Below are positions 9,462 through 19,931 of a DNA stretch of 64,000 nt, piece after piece. The stretch covers positions 832,001 to 896,000 of the forward strand of contig JBBCJC010000001.1 in NCBI GenBank assembly GCA_037189525.1, in the 5' to 3' direction. Within the stretch, counting starts at the first letter, position 1. Each line of letters starts with the position of its first letter. Source of the DNA: Gemmatimonadales bacterium (GTDB taxonomy: Bacteria > Gemmatimonadota > Gemmatimonadetes > Gemmatimonadales > GWC2-71-9). Position numbers and translations under genes: made by a program. The notes beneath the pieces were generated by a model. It did no database searches. It had not been told where the DNA came from and was given only the letters and a program-made list of their open reading frames with translations.

Positions 9462-12400
9462 TCAGCGAATTCCCGCGGTGGCGGTCGGCGGACCGCCGTC
9501 CCACCACGTGCCGGCCCGAGGACGAGTCCTCGGATACGTTTCCCGCAGCGAGTCACCGTCGTACAACCGGCCGTTCTTCATGACATACCGGATCGTGTTG
9601 GTGTTCCGGATGTTCTCGAGCGGGTTGGCGTCGAGCACCAGGATATCCGCCATCTTGCCTGGCTCCAGGCTGCCGACATCCTCGCCCAGACCGACGGCCT
9701 CGGCGCCGTAGATGGTGGCCACCCGAAGGGCGTCATGGTTCGACATCCCGCCCGACGCCATGGCCCAGAGCTCCCAGTGATTGCCGATGCCCTGGATCTG
9801 CCCATGCGCACCGATCGCGACCCGCGCGCCGCCCTCGATCATTTTCTTCGAGAACTCGGCGTGCCGCGAGAAGACATACTCGTCGGGGTGGAACCAACCG
9901 CCCTGCTGATAGTTGGTCCCGCCACGCCGCAGCGCGCGCTGCTGGATCTGACCCTTCGGCATGAAGGTCGCCAGCTTCTTGTTGCCAATCACGTCTTCGT
10001 TCGTGTAGAAATACTCCTCACCAAACGGGCCGCCGTACGACACGAGGAGCGTCGGCGCGTTGGTGGTCTGGCTCGCCTTGAAGAGTTCCACCACGTCTTC
10101 ATAGATGGGCAGAATCGGCAAAGCGTGCTCGACGCCGGGGTAGCCGTCGAGCGCGTGCGTGATATCGAGTTTATAGTCGAGCCCGCCCTCGGTGGTCGGC
10201 ATGATACCGAATTCCTTGGCGGCCATGATGATCCATTGCCGCTGCTGGCGGTTACCCGACATGTACATCTTGAGGGTCTGGGTGCCCCAGTAGTCGCTGT
10301 AGCGCTTGAGGACGCGCTTGGCGTCTTCGAGACTGTTCATCGGCTCGTTATTGGGGAGACCGACGCCGGGGCCGGTCGAAAAGATCCGGGGCCCGATCAG
10401 ATCGCCCGTTTCGACCCGGTCCTGATAGCTCACGATGTCGCTGACCGCGGTCTGCGGATCGCGCGTCGTGGTCACGCCGTACGCCAGGGTCGTGAGGTAC
10501 TGCCAGACCTGGCCCGGGTGAATTTCAGGAATCAGCCACTGGGCATGGTAGTGGACGTCGACCATACCCGGCATCACGGTCTTACCCGACACATCGATGA
10601 TGCGCGCGCCCGACGGCACCGGTACGGAGCCCCGAGGTCCGACGGCAACAATGCGGTTGTTGCGCACCACAACATCGGCGTTCTCGATGATCTCCTTGCC
10701 CTTCATGGTGATGGCGCGGCCGCCGCGCAGCACGGCGGTCCCGGTCGGCAGATCACGCCGAACCTCGACCTTGATCCGCAGTTCGTCCGGCCGGTAACCG
10801 GGTTTGACCGGAGGCGTCTTGGCCTTGGTGGTATCCTTGGCTGCCGCCGAGTCCTGAGCCGGCGGTTTGGGCTTGGTGGTATCGGCCGCGGCCTTCCGGA
10901 CACTGTCGACCTTGGCGCGCTCGACCGCCTTGAGGCTGTCGGTCACGACTTTGGCGCGATCCAGGTTATAGCTGAAGAGCGCATTGCCGAGCGTGAAATA
11001 GACGGTCCGACCGTCGGCCGACCAGGAGGGGGATTCGCCACCGATATCCGACAACTTCTTGGTGGGCACCGAACCGCCCATCGCGACGTTGACCGTCGGC
11101 ACCGCGCCGCCCACGACGGGTACGACCGCGTGGTACACATCGGTGTTGATCTGCGCAATCGCCTCGCCGCCCGTAGGCGACATCAGCACCACACCGGCCG
11201 GCGTCGGCGTCGGATTGGGCTCCGTGGGCCCGTCCAGATGCGTCCCGCCCTTGTTGGAGACGTTGAGCACATCCGCGGCAAGCGGCGTCACCCGGCGCGG
11301 CAGGAAGGTCGGACTTTCATGCCCTGCATCGAAGGCGCTCGCATAAAACGGCATCGGCCCGACGATACGAACGTGCTGCTTGACGTCGGTACCGTCCCAA
11401 CGGAACGAGACCAGTCCCTCGAACGGATGCGACGCATAGATCCGATCGGGCTGGCTGCGCACGAAATGGGCAACGTCCCGGCCCGCCGTCGGCGCGATAA
11501 CCGTGACGTCACCTCCCGCCGTCGGGACCCAGACGAAATCGCCGCCCAGGACCCCGCCGCCATGTCCGGTCGCATCGATCAGGTCGCGCGCCGCCTGGCG
11601 GGTCGCCACGATTCGGCTGCCGTCCGGCGAAAAGACGGGGTTGGTATAGAGCGCCGACACCCGGGTCGCCGCAACCGGCCGGGCATTCCGCGCGCCGAGG
11701 GCGAGCATCATGATCTGCCCACCTGCCGCATCGCCCCAGGTAATCCAGGCCAGCGTCTTGCCGTCGGCCGACCAGGTCGGCTGGAACTCACCGACGTCGG
11801 CCGCACTGACGCGACGGGGCGTGCCGTTGGGCAGATCCATCAGGTAGAGACGGCTCAAGGCCACGAACGCCAGCTGCTTCCCGTCTGGCGACACAGCCGG
11901 ATTCCGGATCTGCCGTGCCGTGAAGGTCGCCGTCGTGTCCATCCGATAGACGAACTTCACTTCGGGACCGACATCGAGCTTCACATCGGCGCTGAAGGGG
12001 ATCTTGGACGGCCCGCTCTTGTCGACCGGCACCCGCCAGATCTCGCCGCCGTAGGAAATCACCACGGCCCGCGAGTCGGGCGTAAAGGCATAACCGGGCA
12101 GCGCATCGAGCGTGGCCCGCGCCTCCATGTCATCGCGCTGAATCGGATAGACCAGCCAGTCTTCGTCGCCGGTGGCCAGATTGCGGAGCCGGAGCCCGGT
12201 CTGGGTCTCGTGACGCGAGGCATAGGTCAGCCACTTGCCGTCGGGTGACACCTGCGGACGTACCGCCGAGCCGTAACGACCGCTCATCGGGTTCAGGGTG
12301 CCGTCGTCCCGATCGTAGTAGCCGATCTGATACTGCGGGAAGATGGCGTTATAGTGCCAGTCGCCGCTGCGCGCCGCAAACCAGACCCGGCGGCCATCGG

Positions 12401-12989
12401 GCGCGAACGAGGCGCCGATGGTTTTGAGCTGGGCATTCTGCGGCGTGGGCGGAATGAGGGGCAAGCCGGCGCCCCCGTCGACGTGGAAGAGCATCAACTT
12501 GGCCGTGGGGAAGGTGCCGCTACCACGGCTCACCGCCACGTACTTACCGTCGGGCGAGAACGTCGGGGAGATGTACTGGAAGTTGTTCCCCTGGGTCAGT
12601 TGGGTAGTGTCCTTCTTGTCGAGGGAGATGATCCAGACGTTGTCGCCCCCGCTCCGATCGGACGTGAACACCACTTTCTTCCCGTCCGGGCTGAAACGCG
12701 GTTGCGCATCGTACGCCAGCCCGGTCGTGAGCGGGGTCGCCTTACCGCCATCGATCGGCATGGTATAGAGGTCGCCCAGCAGATCGAAGACGATGGTCCG
12801 ACCGTCCGGACTCACGTCGAGCGACATCCAGGTGCCGCGCGTCGCCGTGAACTCGGCTTTGCGGGCTGCGTCGAGCGGCAGCGGTTTGGCCGGCGGCCCG
12901 CCCGGGGCGCCGGGGGCCTGGGCCGAGAGGGTCGGCGCGGTTCCGACCAACGCGGCAAGCGCCGCGGCAACTACGATCGATTTCGTCAT
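9462..12989 (-). CDS. Secreted TolB-like propeller + amidohydrolase protein
   Basis: Start moved to ATG 12989 (MTKSIVV, signal peptide); PD40 repeats; PGMVDVHYH metal motif; GAHGQ; GSLEPGKMADI. Confidence 0.9.
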   Translation of the reverse strand: MTKSIVVAAALAALVGTAPTLSAQAPGAPGGPPAKPLPLDAARKAEFTATRGTWMSLDVSPDGRTIVFDLLGDLYTMPIDGGKATPLTTGLAYDAQPRFSPDGKKVVFTSDRSGGDNVWIISLDKKDTTQLTQGNNFQYISPTFSPDGKYVAVSRGSGTFPTAKLMLFHVDGGAGLPLIPPTPQNAQLKTIGASFAPDGRRVWFAARSGDWHYNAIFPQYQIGYYDRDDGTLNPMSGRYGSAVRPQVSPDGKWLTYASRHETQTGLRLRNLATGDEDWLVYPIQRDDMEARATLDALPGYAFTPDSRAVVISYGGEIWRVPVDKSGPSKIPFSADVKLDVGPEVKFVYRMDTTATFTARQIRNPAVSPDGKQLAFVALSRLYLMDLPNGTPRRVSAADVGEFQPTWSADGKTLAWITWGDAAGGQIMMLALGARNARPVAATRVSALYTNPVFSPDGSRIVATRQAARDLIDATGHGGGVLGGDFVWVPTAGGDVTVIAPTAGRDVAHFVRSQPDRIYASHPFEGLVSFRWDGTDVKQHVRIVGPMPFYASAFDAGHESPTFLPRRVTPLAADVLNVSNKGGTHLDGPTEPNPTPTPAGVVLMSPTGGEAIAQINTDVYHAVVPVVGGAVPTVNVAMGGSVPTKKLSDIGGESPSWSADGRTVYFTLGNALFSYNLDRAKVVTDSLKAVERAKVDSVRKAAADTTKPKPPAQDSAAAKDTTKAKTPPVKPGYRPDELRIKVEVRRDLPTGTAVLRGGRAITMKGKEIIENADVVVRNNRIVAVGPRGSVPVPSGARIIDVSGKTVMPGMVDVHYHAQWLIPEIHPGQVWQYLTTLAYGVTTTRDPQTAVSDIVSYQDRVETGDLIGPRIFSTGPGVGLPNNEPMNSLEDAKRVLKRYSDYWGTQTLKMYMSGNRQQRQWIIMAAKEFGIMPTTEGGLDYKLDITHALDGYPGVEHALPILPIYEDVVELFKASQTTNAPTLLVSYGGPFGEEYFYTNEDVIGNKKLATFMPKGQIQQRALRRGGTNYQQGGWFHPDEYVFSRHAEFSKKMIEGGARVAIGAHGQIQGIGNHWELWAMASGGMSNHDALRVATIYGAEAVGLGEDVGSLEPGKMADILVLDANPLENIRNTNTIRYVMKNGRLYDGDSLRETYPRTRPRAGTWWDGGPPTATAGIR

Positions 12990-12997
12990 GGCCCGCC

Positions 12998-15900
12998 TCA
13001 CCGGATTCCCGACGTCACGGCCGGAGCCGTCCGTCGCCACGGTTCATCTGCCGCCGCCTGCTGACGAGGCCAGATCTCATTCATCGTGTCACCCTCATAG
13101 AGCCGTCCATTCTTCATCACGAATCGGACGGAGTTGCTGTTACGAATGTCGTCGAGCGGGTTCCGGTCGAGCACCACGAGGTCGGCCAGCTTGCCGGCCT
13201 CGATCGAGCCGAGATCGCGCCCCAATCCGATGGCGCGAGCCCCGCAGATGGTGGCAATCCGGAGCGCATCATGATTCTTCATGCCGCCGCTCTGCACTGC
13301 CCACAGTTCCCAGTGATATCCCAGGCCCTGCAACTGTCCGTGGCTGCCGACCCCGCTGCAGCCTCCCGCCTCGATCAGGCGTTTGCCGAACTCGGCGTGC
13401 TTGCGGAACATGTACTCCGACTCGTGCGCCCAGCCGGTCGGCCCGGGGCCCGGGTTCCGGCGACGGATCTTGGCATCCAGTTCCTCGGGCGGCGTAAAGT
13501 GGCGCAGCTTCCGATCGCCCATGGTGTTTTCCCGGGTGTAGAAGTAATTCTCCGCCCAGGGGCCGCCGTAGGTTACCAGCAGCGTCGGGCTGTTGACCGT
13601 GCCCGATGCCTTGAACAGCTGGATCACGTCGTCATAGATCGGATAGATCGGCAAAGTGTGCTCGATGCCGGGATACCCGTCGATGGCGTGGGTCATGTTG
13701 AGCCCGAACTGCAGGCCGCCTTCCGTCGTCGGCATCAGCTTGAGTTCCTGCGACGCCATGATCAAATGCTGGCGTGCCTGCCGATTGCCGGCGATATACA
13801 TCTTGAACGTCTTGGTATCCCAATACTCGCTGTACCGCTTGAGCACGTCGCGGGCCCGCTGCAACGAGGTAATCCGGTGAGCGCCGAAGACGCCGGGGCC
13901 GGTCGAGTACACCCGCGGACCGTTCATCAGACCGGCATCGACCCGGTCCTGGTAGCTCAGCACGTCCGTGGTGCTGGTCTGCGGATCGCGCGTCGTGGTG
14001 ACCCCGTAGGCCAGGTTGATATCGTACTGCCAGTTCCGCTGCCAGTGGATGCCCCACGCGGGCCACATGTGGGCGTGGGTATCGACGAATCCGGGGATGA
14101 TCGTCTTGCCGCTGACGTCGACGACCCGCGCATCGGCCGGCGCGCTTCCCGCAGGACCGACACTGACGATCCGGTTGTTGCGGACGACCACGTCGCCGCG
14201 CTCGATGATCTCGTCGCCCCGCATGGTGACGACACGCCCGCCGCGCAGAACGACCGTGCCCTGCGGAACGTCGCGATCGACGCTGACCCGAATCCGCCGC
14301 TCGACGGGACGATACTGATGCTGGAACCGGATCGTGGTGTCCGCTCCGGCCGCAATCAGACTGTCGTCGACCGCGAGTCCGCGCTGCACGTCGTAGGAGA
14401 CGAACGCGTTGCCGATCGACCAGTGTACCGTCCGTCCATCGGCGCTCCAGACGGGGAATTCACCGCCGATGTCCGTCAGGCGGAGGATCCGCACCGCCGC
14501 GCTGTCCGGCTTGGCGACCGACACCGTCGGAACCACGCCGCCGATCTGCGGCACCCGGATCAGGTAGACATCCTGGCCGAACGCAGCGAGCGCGAGGTCG
14601 CCGCGCGGCGCCATCAGAATCGCATCGGCACGCGGTCCGACGACGGTCGGTTCCCGCGCATCGGCGAAGTTGGGCGGCAGGACATGACTGTGTTCATCGC
14701 GCGGCGCAAACGGGGCCTGGTACTCCGGACCGTTCCCGGGCGAGACGAAGCCGACCGGCAGCGGTCCGGTTGCCTGGAGGTGCTGCCGGAGATCGGTGCC
14801 ATCCCAGCGCATCGACGAGAGCGCGGCCGTGAACGACACCGGCGGCTGGCCGGGAGGCGGCGGGAAGAACCCGTAGAGATAGATGCGGCCGGTATCGGCC
14901 GTGAAATGCGGCAGTCGAAGATTGCCATTGGTCGACCGGATCACGGTGGCTTCACCGCCGGACGCTGGAACCCAGACGAACTCCGCGCCGAGCCCGTCAC
15001 CGACGGACGGGCCGACCTGTTCGACGAGATTCCGGCGCTCGGCGCGGACGGCCACGACCCGGCGGCCATCCGGCGAAAAGGCTGGCGTTTGCCAGTACGC
15101 GCTCTCGGCATTGAGCCGAGTCGGCTGACCACCGGCCAGATCGAGACGCATCAGGGCGCCGTCGCGACCGTCCCAGGTCACATACGCGAGCGCGCTGCCG
15201 TCCGGCGACCAGGCCGGGTAGTACTCGCCGACATCGCTGGTGGTCACCCGGCGCGGCGTGCCGTCCGGCAGGTCCGCGACATAAAGACGGTCAAGCGCGG
15301 TGAACGCCACGCGCCGGCCATCGGGCGACGGCACCGCGTTCCGGATCTGGCGCACCGTGAACGTCGGGGTGTCCTCGATCGGATACTCGAACGCCACCTG
15401 CGGACCGATCGCCACTTCGGCATCGACGCTGAACGGAATCTTGGCCGGCGCGGTGCCGTCGACCGGCACGCGCCAGATCTCGCCGCCGTACGAGAGCACC
15501 ACGGCGCGGGAATCCGGGGTGAAGGCGTAACCAGGCAGCGCGTCGTGATCGGGAATCGCTTCGATGTTGTCGCGCTGAATCGGGAAGGCCAGCCAGCGTT
15601 CGACGCCGGTAGCCAGTTCGCGAATCCGGAGCCCGGTCTGCTGCCCGTCGCGGCTGCCATAGGTCAGCCACTTCCCGTCGGGCGACACGGCGGGACGAAT
15701 AGCCGAGCCGAGCCGGCTCGACAGCGTCGTGGTGGTGCCCGCCTGGCGATCGTAGACGCCGATCTGGAACTGCGGCATGGCGGCGTTGTACTGCCAGATC
15801 CCCTGACGCGCGGCGTAATAGATGTAGCGGCCATCGGGCGACGGCGCTGCACCGAAATACGCCAGCGGGCCTGGCGCGCGGGTCAGCTGCAATCCGGAGC

Positions 15901-16393
15901 CGCCCGACACATCATATAGATGGAGCTTGGGCGTCCCGAAGTTCGTGGTCGACGAGGAGGCCACGATGTACTGCCCGCCGGGCAACCAGGCCGGCGAAAG
16001 GTGCCAGCCGTTGTTGCCGTAGGTCAGGCGCCGGATCCCGGACCCGTCGGCATTGGCGATATAGACGTTGTCGCCGCCGCTCCGATCGGAGACGAACACC
16101 AGCTTGGAGCCGTCGGGACTCCAGCGGGGCTGCGCGTCGTACGCGAGTCCGCTGGTCAGGCGCGTGGCTTTGCCGCCGGTGATCGGGATGGTGTACAGGT
16201 CACCGAGCAGATCGAAGACGATCCGACGGCCATCCGGACTCACATCGAGCGAAATCCAGGTCCCCTGTGTCGTAGTGAATCGGGCGACACGTGCCGACTT
16301 GAGCGGCAGACTGTCCGACCGATCCTGGGCCATTGCCGCGTGGCTTGACGCAAGACCGCCAAGCACGAGCAACGCCATGCGAAGACGTTTCAT
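12998..16393 (-). CDS. Secreted TolB-like propeller + amidohydrolase protein (paralog)
   Basis: Signal peptide; GTWISLDVSPDG; PGFVDTHAH; GSHGQ; GSIEAGKLADL. Confidence 0.9.
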   Translation of the reverse strand: MKRLRMALLVLGGLASSHAAMAQDRSDSLPLKSARVARFTTTQGTWISLDVSPDGRRIVFDLLGDLYTIPITGGKATRLTSGLAYDAQPRWSPDGSKLVFVSDRSGGDNVYIANADGSGIRRLTYGNNGWHLSPAWLPGGQYIVASSSTTNFGTPKLHLYDVSGGSGLQLTRAPGPLAYFGAAPSPDGRYIYYAARQGIWQYNAAMPQFQIGVYDRQAGTTTTLSSRLGSAIRPAVSPDGKWLTYGSRDGQQTGLRIRELATGVERWLAFPIQRDNIEAIPDHDALPGYAFTPDSRAVVLSYGGEIWRVPVDGTAPAKIPFSVDAEVAIGPQVAFEYPIEDTPTFTVRQIRNAVPSPDGRRVAFTALDRLYVADLPDGTPRRVTTSDVGEYYPAWSPDGSALAYVTWDGRDGALMRLDLAGGQPTRLNAESAYWQTPAFSPDGRRVVAVRAERRNLVEQVGPSVGDGLGAEFVWVPASGGEATVIRSTNGNLRLPHFTADTGRIYLYGFFPPPPGQPPVSFTAALSSMRWDGTDLRQHLQATGPLPVGFVSPGNGPEYQAPFAPRDEHSHVLPPNFADAREPTVVGPRADAILMAPRGDLALAAFGQDVYLIRVPQIGGVVPTVSVAKPDSAAVRILRLTDIGGEFPVWSADGRTVHWSIGNAFVSYDVQRGLAVDDSLIAAGADTTIRFQHQYRPVERRIRVSVDRDVPQGTVVLRGGRVVTMRGDEIIERGDVVVRNNRIVSVGPAGSAPADARVVDVSGKTIIPGFVDTHAHMWPAWGIHWQRNWQYDINLAYGVTTTRDPQTSTTDVLSYQDRVDAGLMNGPRVYSTGPGVFGAHRITSLQRARDVLKRYSEYWDTKTFKMYIAGNRQARQHLIMASQELKLMPTTEGGLQFGLNMTHAIDGYPGIEHTLPIYPIYDDVIQLFKASGTVNSPTLLVTYGGPWAENYFYTRENTMGDRKLRHFTPPEELDAKIRRRNPGPGPTGWAHESEYMFRKHAEFGKRLIEAGGCSGVGSHGQLQGLGYHWELWAVQSGGMKNHDALRIATICGARAIGLGRDLGSIEAGKLADLVVLDRNPLDDIRNSNSVRFVMKNGRLYEGDTMNEIWPRQQAAADEPWRRTAPAVTSGIR

Positions 16394-16632
16394 CCAAGCA
16401 ACTCCCTGATCCGAGTGTCGAGCGAATCGAAGACTCTGAGGAATCTACGAGCCCGGCGGCGTCCGTGTTCCAGGAACGCCGGCGAGGCGTGAAAGGTAAC
16501 TCCCGACCGACACCTGGAGGGTTTGCGGGCGCGACGGGTACCGTTCCTGTGCGGATCAGGCCAGATTTTGCGTCACCAACCTATGGTTGGCCATCGGGCC
16601 TACGCAGTTAGACCGGTACCCAAGGAGTCACC

Positions 16633-16953
16633 ATGGCGAGATCGACGCTCGGCAGTGCTGCTCGGAACGCGATCAAGAAGATCAAGAAGGCAGCTTCGAA
16701 GGTCGAGAAGAAGGTGCAGGGCGAGATTCGGAAGCGGAAGATCAAGCGGGGCCTCAAGACGGCGGCCAAGGGTGCGGCAGCCGTGGGCGCGGGCGCGCTA
16801 GCCGCCGTGGCGGCGACGAAGGGTGTCCGTACGCTGCGTGCACGCGCAGCCGCAAAGGCCAAGACCGTCAAGGCCAAGGCGGCGAGCGGGACCAAGCGTG
16901 CCAAGAAGGCCGTGAAGCGGACCGTGCGGAAGGCCAAGCGCGCCGCTCGCTAG
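16633..16953 (+). CDS. Small Lys/Arg/Ala-rich basic protein (histone H1-like composition)
   Basis: AAGGAG RBS before the ATG; about one third K/R and only two acidic residues; hairpin downstream. Confidence 0.75.
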   Translation: MARSTLGSAARNAIKKIKKAASKVEKKVQGEIRKRKIKRGLKTAAKGAAAVGAGALAAVAATKGVRTLRARAAAKAKTVKAKAASGTKRAKKAVKRTVRKAKRAAR

Positions 16954-17052
16954 TTGAACGGGTTGGTTCCGAGCGCCCCTCCGGCCGGCACTCCGCAAGG
17001 TGCGCCGAGCCTGTGGGGCGTTCGCCGTCTTCGATTGCTCGAGGAGAATTCC

Positions 17053-18021
17053 ATGCGTTCCGCTCTGCTGGTTGCCGTGCTGGTCGCGGCCGGTGGCGCC
17101 CCGGTGTCGGTCAGCGCGCAGGTCACCGAGCCGCCCGTCGAAGCCATGTCGCTGCTCGGAAAGCCGCTGCGGCGGCCGGCGCTCTCGCCCAATGTCGAGG
17201 CCGTCTACGAAAAGAACCTCGCGTCCGCGCGAGCGGCCTGGGAGCGCACCCCGGAAAACGCCGACTCGATTATCTGGCTCGGCAGGCGCCTGGGCTATCT
17301 GGGCCGCCACGCCGAAGCGATCGAAGTGTTTTCGCGGGGCATCGCGCTGCACCCGAAAGATGCGCGGCTCTATCGCCACCGGGGCCATCGCTTCATCACC
17401 ATCCGGCGGTTCGATGCAGCCATCCAGGACCTCAATCAGGCCTACGCGCTGGTACGCGGGCGACCGGATGAGGTCGAACCGGACGGAATTCCGAACCCGC
17501 GTGGCATCCCGATCAGCACGCTCAACACCAACATCCGTTACCACCTCGGCCTGGCGCACTACCTCAAGGGCGACTTTGCCAAAGCGCTGCCGTTCTATCA
17601 GGAGGACGTGGCCGCGGCCGTCAATCCCGACATGGTGGTGGCCACCAGCCACTGGCTCTACATGACGCTGCGCCGGCTTGGCAGGCCGGCCGAGGCCGCC
17701 AAAGTGCTCGAGCCGATTGGGGCGGACATGGACATCATCGAGAACGGGGCGTATCATCGCCTGTTGCTCCTGTACAAGGGCCAGCTGCCCGTCGACTCGC
17801 TGCAGGGCCCATCCGGCACGCGCGATGCGGTCCAGGATGCCGGCATTGGATACGGCATCGGCAACTGGCATCTCTATAACGGACGTCGGGCCGAAGCGCG
17901 CCGAGTCTTCGAACAGGTCCTCGCGACGCCGCAGTGGGGCGCCTTCGGATACATCGCAGCAGAAGCGGAGCTGGCCCGCGCCAGTGGCCGACGCGGGAGC
18001 GCCAACGATCGCGGCAACTAA
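17053..18021 (+). CDS. Secreted tetratricopeptide-repeat protein
   Basis: GAGGAG RBS and ATG 17053; signal peptide; TPR-like helices (LYRHRGHRFI..AIQDL; YHLGLAHYLKGDF..A). Confidence 0.85.
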   Translation: MRSALLVAVLVAAGGAPVSVSAQVTEPPVEAMSLLGKPLRRPALSPNVEAVYEKNLASARAAWERTPENADSIIWLGRRLGYLGRHAEAIEVFSRGIALHPKDARLYRHRGHRFITIRRFDAAIQDLNQAYALVRGRPDEVEPDGIPNPRGIPISTLNTNIRYHLGLAHYLKGDFAKALPFYQEDVAAAVNPDMVVATSHWLYMTLRRLGRPAEAAKVLEPIGADMDIIENGAYHRLLLLYKGQLPVDSLQGPSGTRDAVQDAGIGYGIGNWHLYNGRRAEARRVFEQVLATPQWGAFGYIAAEAELARASGRRGSANDRGN

Positions 18022-18068
18022 CCCGTCGTCGAGTCCGCCCAGGTAGCGGCTCGTGCACTGGAGGCTCG

Positions 18069-19265
18069 ATGCAGTCCTCCCGTCCTGGTCCGCAGGCGGC
18101 CGCGCTTGCGGCAACATTCTGGATCGTCGGTTGTGGGTCGCGACCCGACAGCCGCACGGTCGTGATCGACACCTTGCCGTCGGGAGTCGTCCAGGTCGTC
18201 AACAGCGAACCCGGCCAACGGGCGGAGTGGACTCTGTCAGCTCCGACACGGTTTGGCGATGGCGACGGCACTCCGGGTGAATTGATCCAGCCGAGCATCG
18301 TTCGGACCGATGCATGGGGACGGGTCTACATCGTCGACCGGCAGCCGACGACGCTCAAAGTGTTCGACAGCCAAGGAAACTTCCTCCGAACCATCGGACG
18401 GGCCGGCGGCGGCCCCGGCGAGTATCAGGTGGTATTTCCCGCGATTGCCGGCGGACGGCTGATCGTGCATGACCCGCAGCAGCAGCGCACTTCGGTTTTC
18501 GATACCAGTGGCGCCTATCTCAGCAGCTGGCCCTCGGCCTGTTGCCACTGGAGTCACATTGCCGTCGACAGCGCCGGGCGGATCTACGTACCGCTCAATG
18601 TGCTCCCCGCCACGCCGGATGCCCCGGCGGATGTCGCCTTTACCCGCTTCCGGTTCGACGGAACCCTGGTCGACACTGTGCGCTTGCCGGGTATGCCGCT
18701 GGCACGGTGGGAATTTCGCTGGTCGCGCGGCGGACGAAGCGGAATGACGGCGGGGACGGTACCGTTCGCTGCGCGCCAGTACCACGCGGTGCATCCCGAG
18801 GGCGGCTTCGTGATCGGTTGGAGCAGTAACGGACGGCTGGCGCGCACCCGCTCGGGCTCCGACACCATATGGGTCAGTGAGTGGCCCGTGGCGACGCGGC
18901 CGCTGCCCGACTCATTGCGGCAAGCGGAGACCAACCAGTTCCTTACGACGATGACGCAGCTGGTGGGTGAAGCCCAGGCTCGATCGGTCATTTCGATCAA
19001 CGACGTGCCCACGATCGCTCCGCTCTTCACCGCCATTACCGTCGACCCGCTCGGCTATATCTGGACCCGGCGACCGCCGCTTCCGGGAGACAGCACGACC
19101 GTGTTCGACACGTTCGACGCCGATGGCATCTGGCTCGGGAGCGTCACGGTGCCGGTTGTGATGATGAGTGAGGCGTCGGTCCATGTCAGCCGGGATGCCA
19201 TTTTCGCGATCGTGGAAGACGAAGATGGGCGTCCGACAATCCTTCGGTACTCCATTACCAGATGA
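18069..19265 (+). CDS. 6-bladed beta-propeller (NHL-like) lipoprotein
   Basis: IVGC lipobox-like motif; VFDSQGNFLRTIGRAGGGPGEY; FDTFDADGIWLG. Confidence 0.8.
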   Translation: MQSSRPGPQAAALAATFWIVGCGSRPDSRTVVIDTLPSGVVQVVNSEPGQRAEWTLSAPTRFGDGDGTPGELIQPSIVRTDAWGRVYIVDRQPTTLKVFDSQGNFLRTIGRAGGGPGEYQVVFPAIAGGRLIVHDPQQQRTSVFDTSGAYLSSWPSACCHWSHIAVDSAGRIYVPLNVLPATPDAPADVAFTRFRFDGTLVDTVRLPGMPLARWEFRWSRGGRSGMTAGTVPFAARQYHAVHPEGGFVIGWSSNGRLARTRSGSDTIWVSEWPVATRPLPDSLRQAETNQFLTTMTQLVGEAQARSVISINDVPTIAPLFTAITVDPLGYIWTRRPPLPGDSTTVFDTFDADGIWLGSVTVPVVMMSEASVHVSRDAIFAIVEDEDGRPTILRYSITR

Positions 19266-19283
19266 CTCGAGGCTCGTCAGACA

Positions 19284-19931
19284 ATGGATAGGGACTTCTG
19301 GCACCAGAAATGGGCCGACAACGACATCGGCTTTCATGAAGGACAACCGAACGCCCTGCTCGTGCGGCAGCTTCATCGCTTGGCGCTGGCACCCGGCGCG
19401 CGGCTGTTCGTGCCGCTGTGCGGTAAGTCGCAGGACATTCCCTGGCTCGTCGGCCAGGGCTTCCGGGTCATCGGCGCAGAACTGAGTCCGGTTGCCGTCG
19501 AACAGTTTTTCGCCGGACTGGGCGTCCAACCCGAGATTACGTTGGCGGGGCAGTTGGTGCGCTAACGAGCCGACGCCATCGACATTTTCTGTGGTGACAT
19601 CTTCGAACTGACATCGGCAAGATTGGGCTTGGTCGACGCCATCTACGATCGGGCGGCACTCGTCGCTCTGCCGCCGGAGATGCGCGGGCGGTATGCGAAG
19701 CGCCTGGTTGCCATTGCGGGCATCGTTCCGCAGCTGGTGATCAGTTTCGACTATGAGCAGTCCGCCATGAACGGACCACCATTCGCGGTGTCCGGGCGCG
19801 AGATCGGCGAACTGTATCGCGAGACTCATCGGCCATACTTACTCGAACAGCGGGAGGTTGCCGGCGGCCTCAAGGGTCAATGCCCGGCGAGCGAGCAGGC
19901 CTGGCTGCTCGAGCCGTTGGCTTCGCGATGA
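19284..19931 (+). pseudogene. tpm: Thiopurine S-methyltransferase interrupted by an in-frame TAA
   Basis: FWHQKW..IGFH, VPLCGKS.D, GDIF, YDRAALVALP, GPPF all in one frame; TAA at 19563-19565. Confidence 0.85.

Noticed and set aside
9390..13010. Shared C-terminal 'GIR' in two amidohydrolases and the convergent TolB-like protein as a sorting signal
   Set aside because: Paralogy explains two cases, the third paralog lacks it, and three residues can match by chance.
9735..15919. Very long + strand ORFs (837 and 882 aa), and similar ones at 32717-34867 and 36585-38771
   Set aside because: Antisense shadows of well-supported genes, typical of high-GC DNA; no recognisable motifs.
19563..19565. Selenocysteine/pyrrolysine recoding of the tpm internal stop
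   Set aside because: The codon is TAA, not TGA or TAG.
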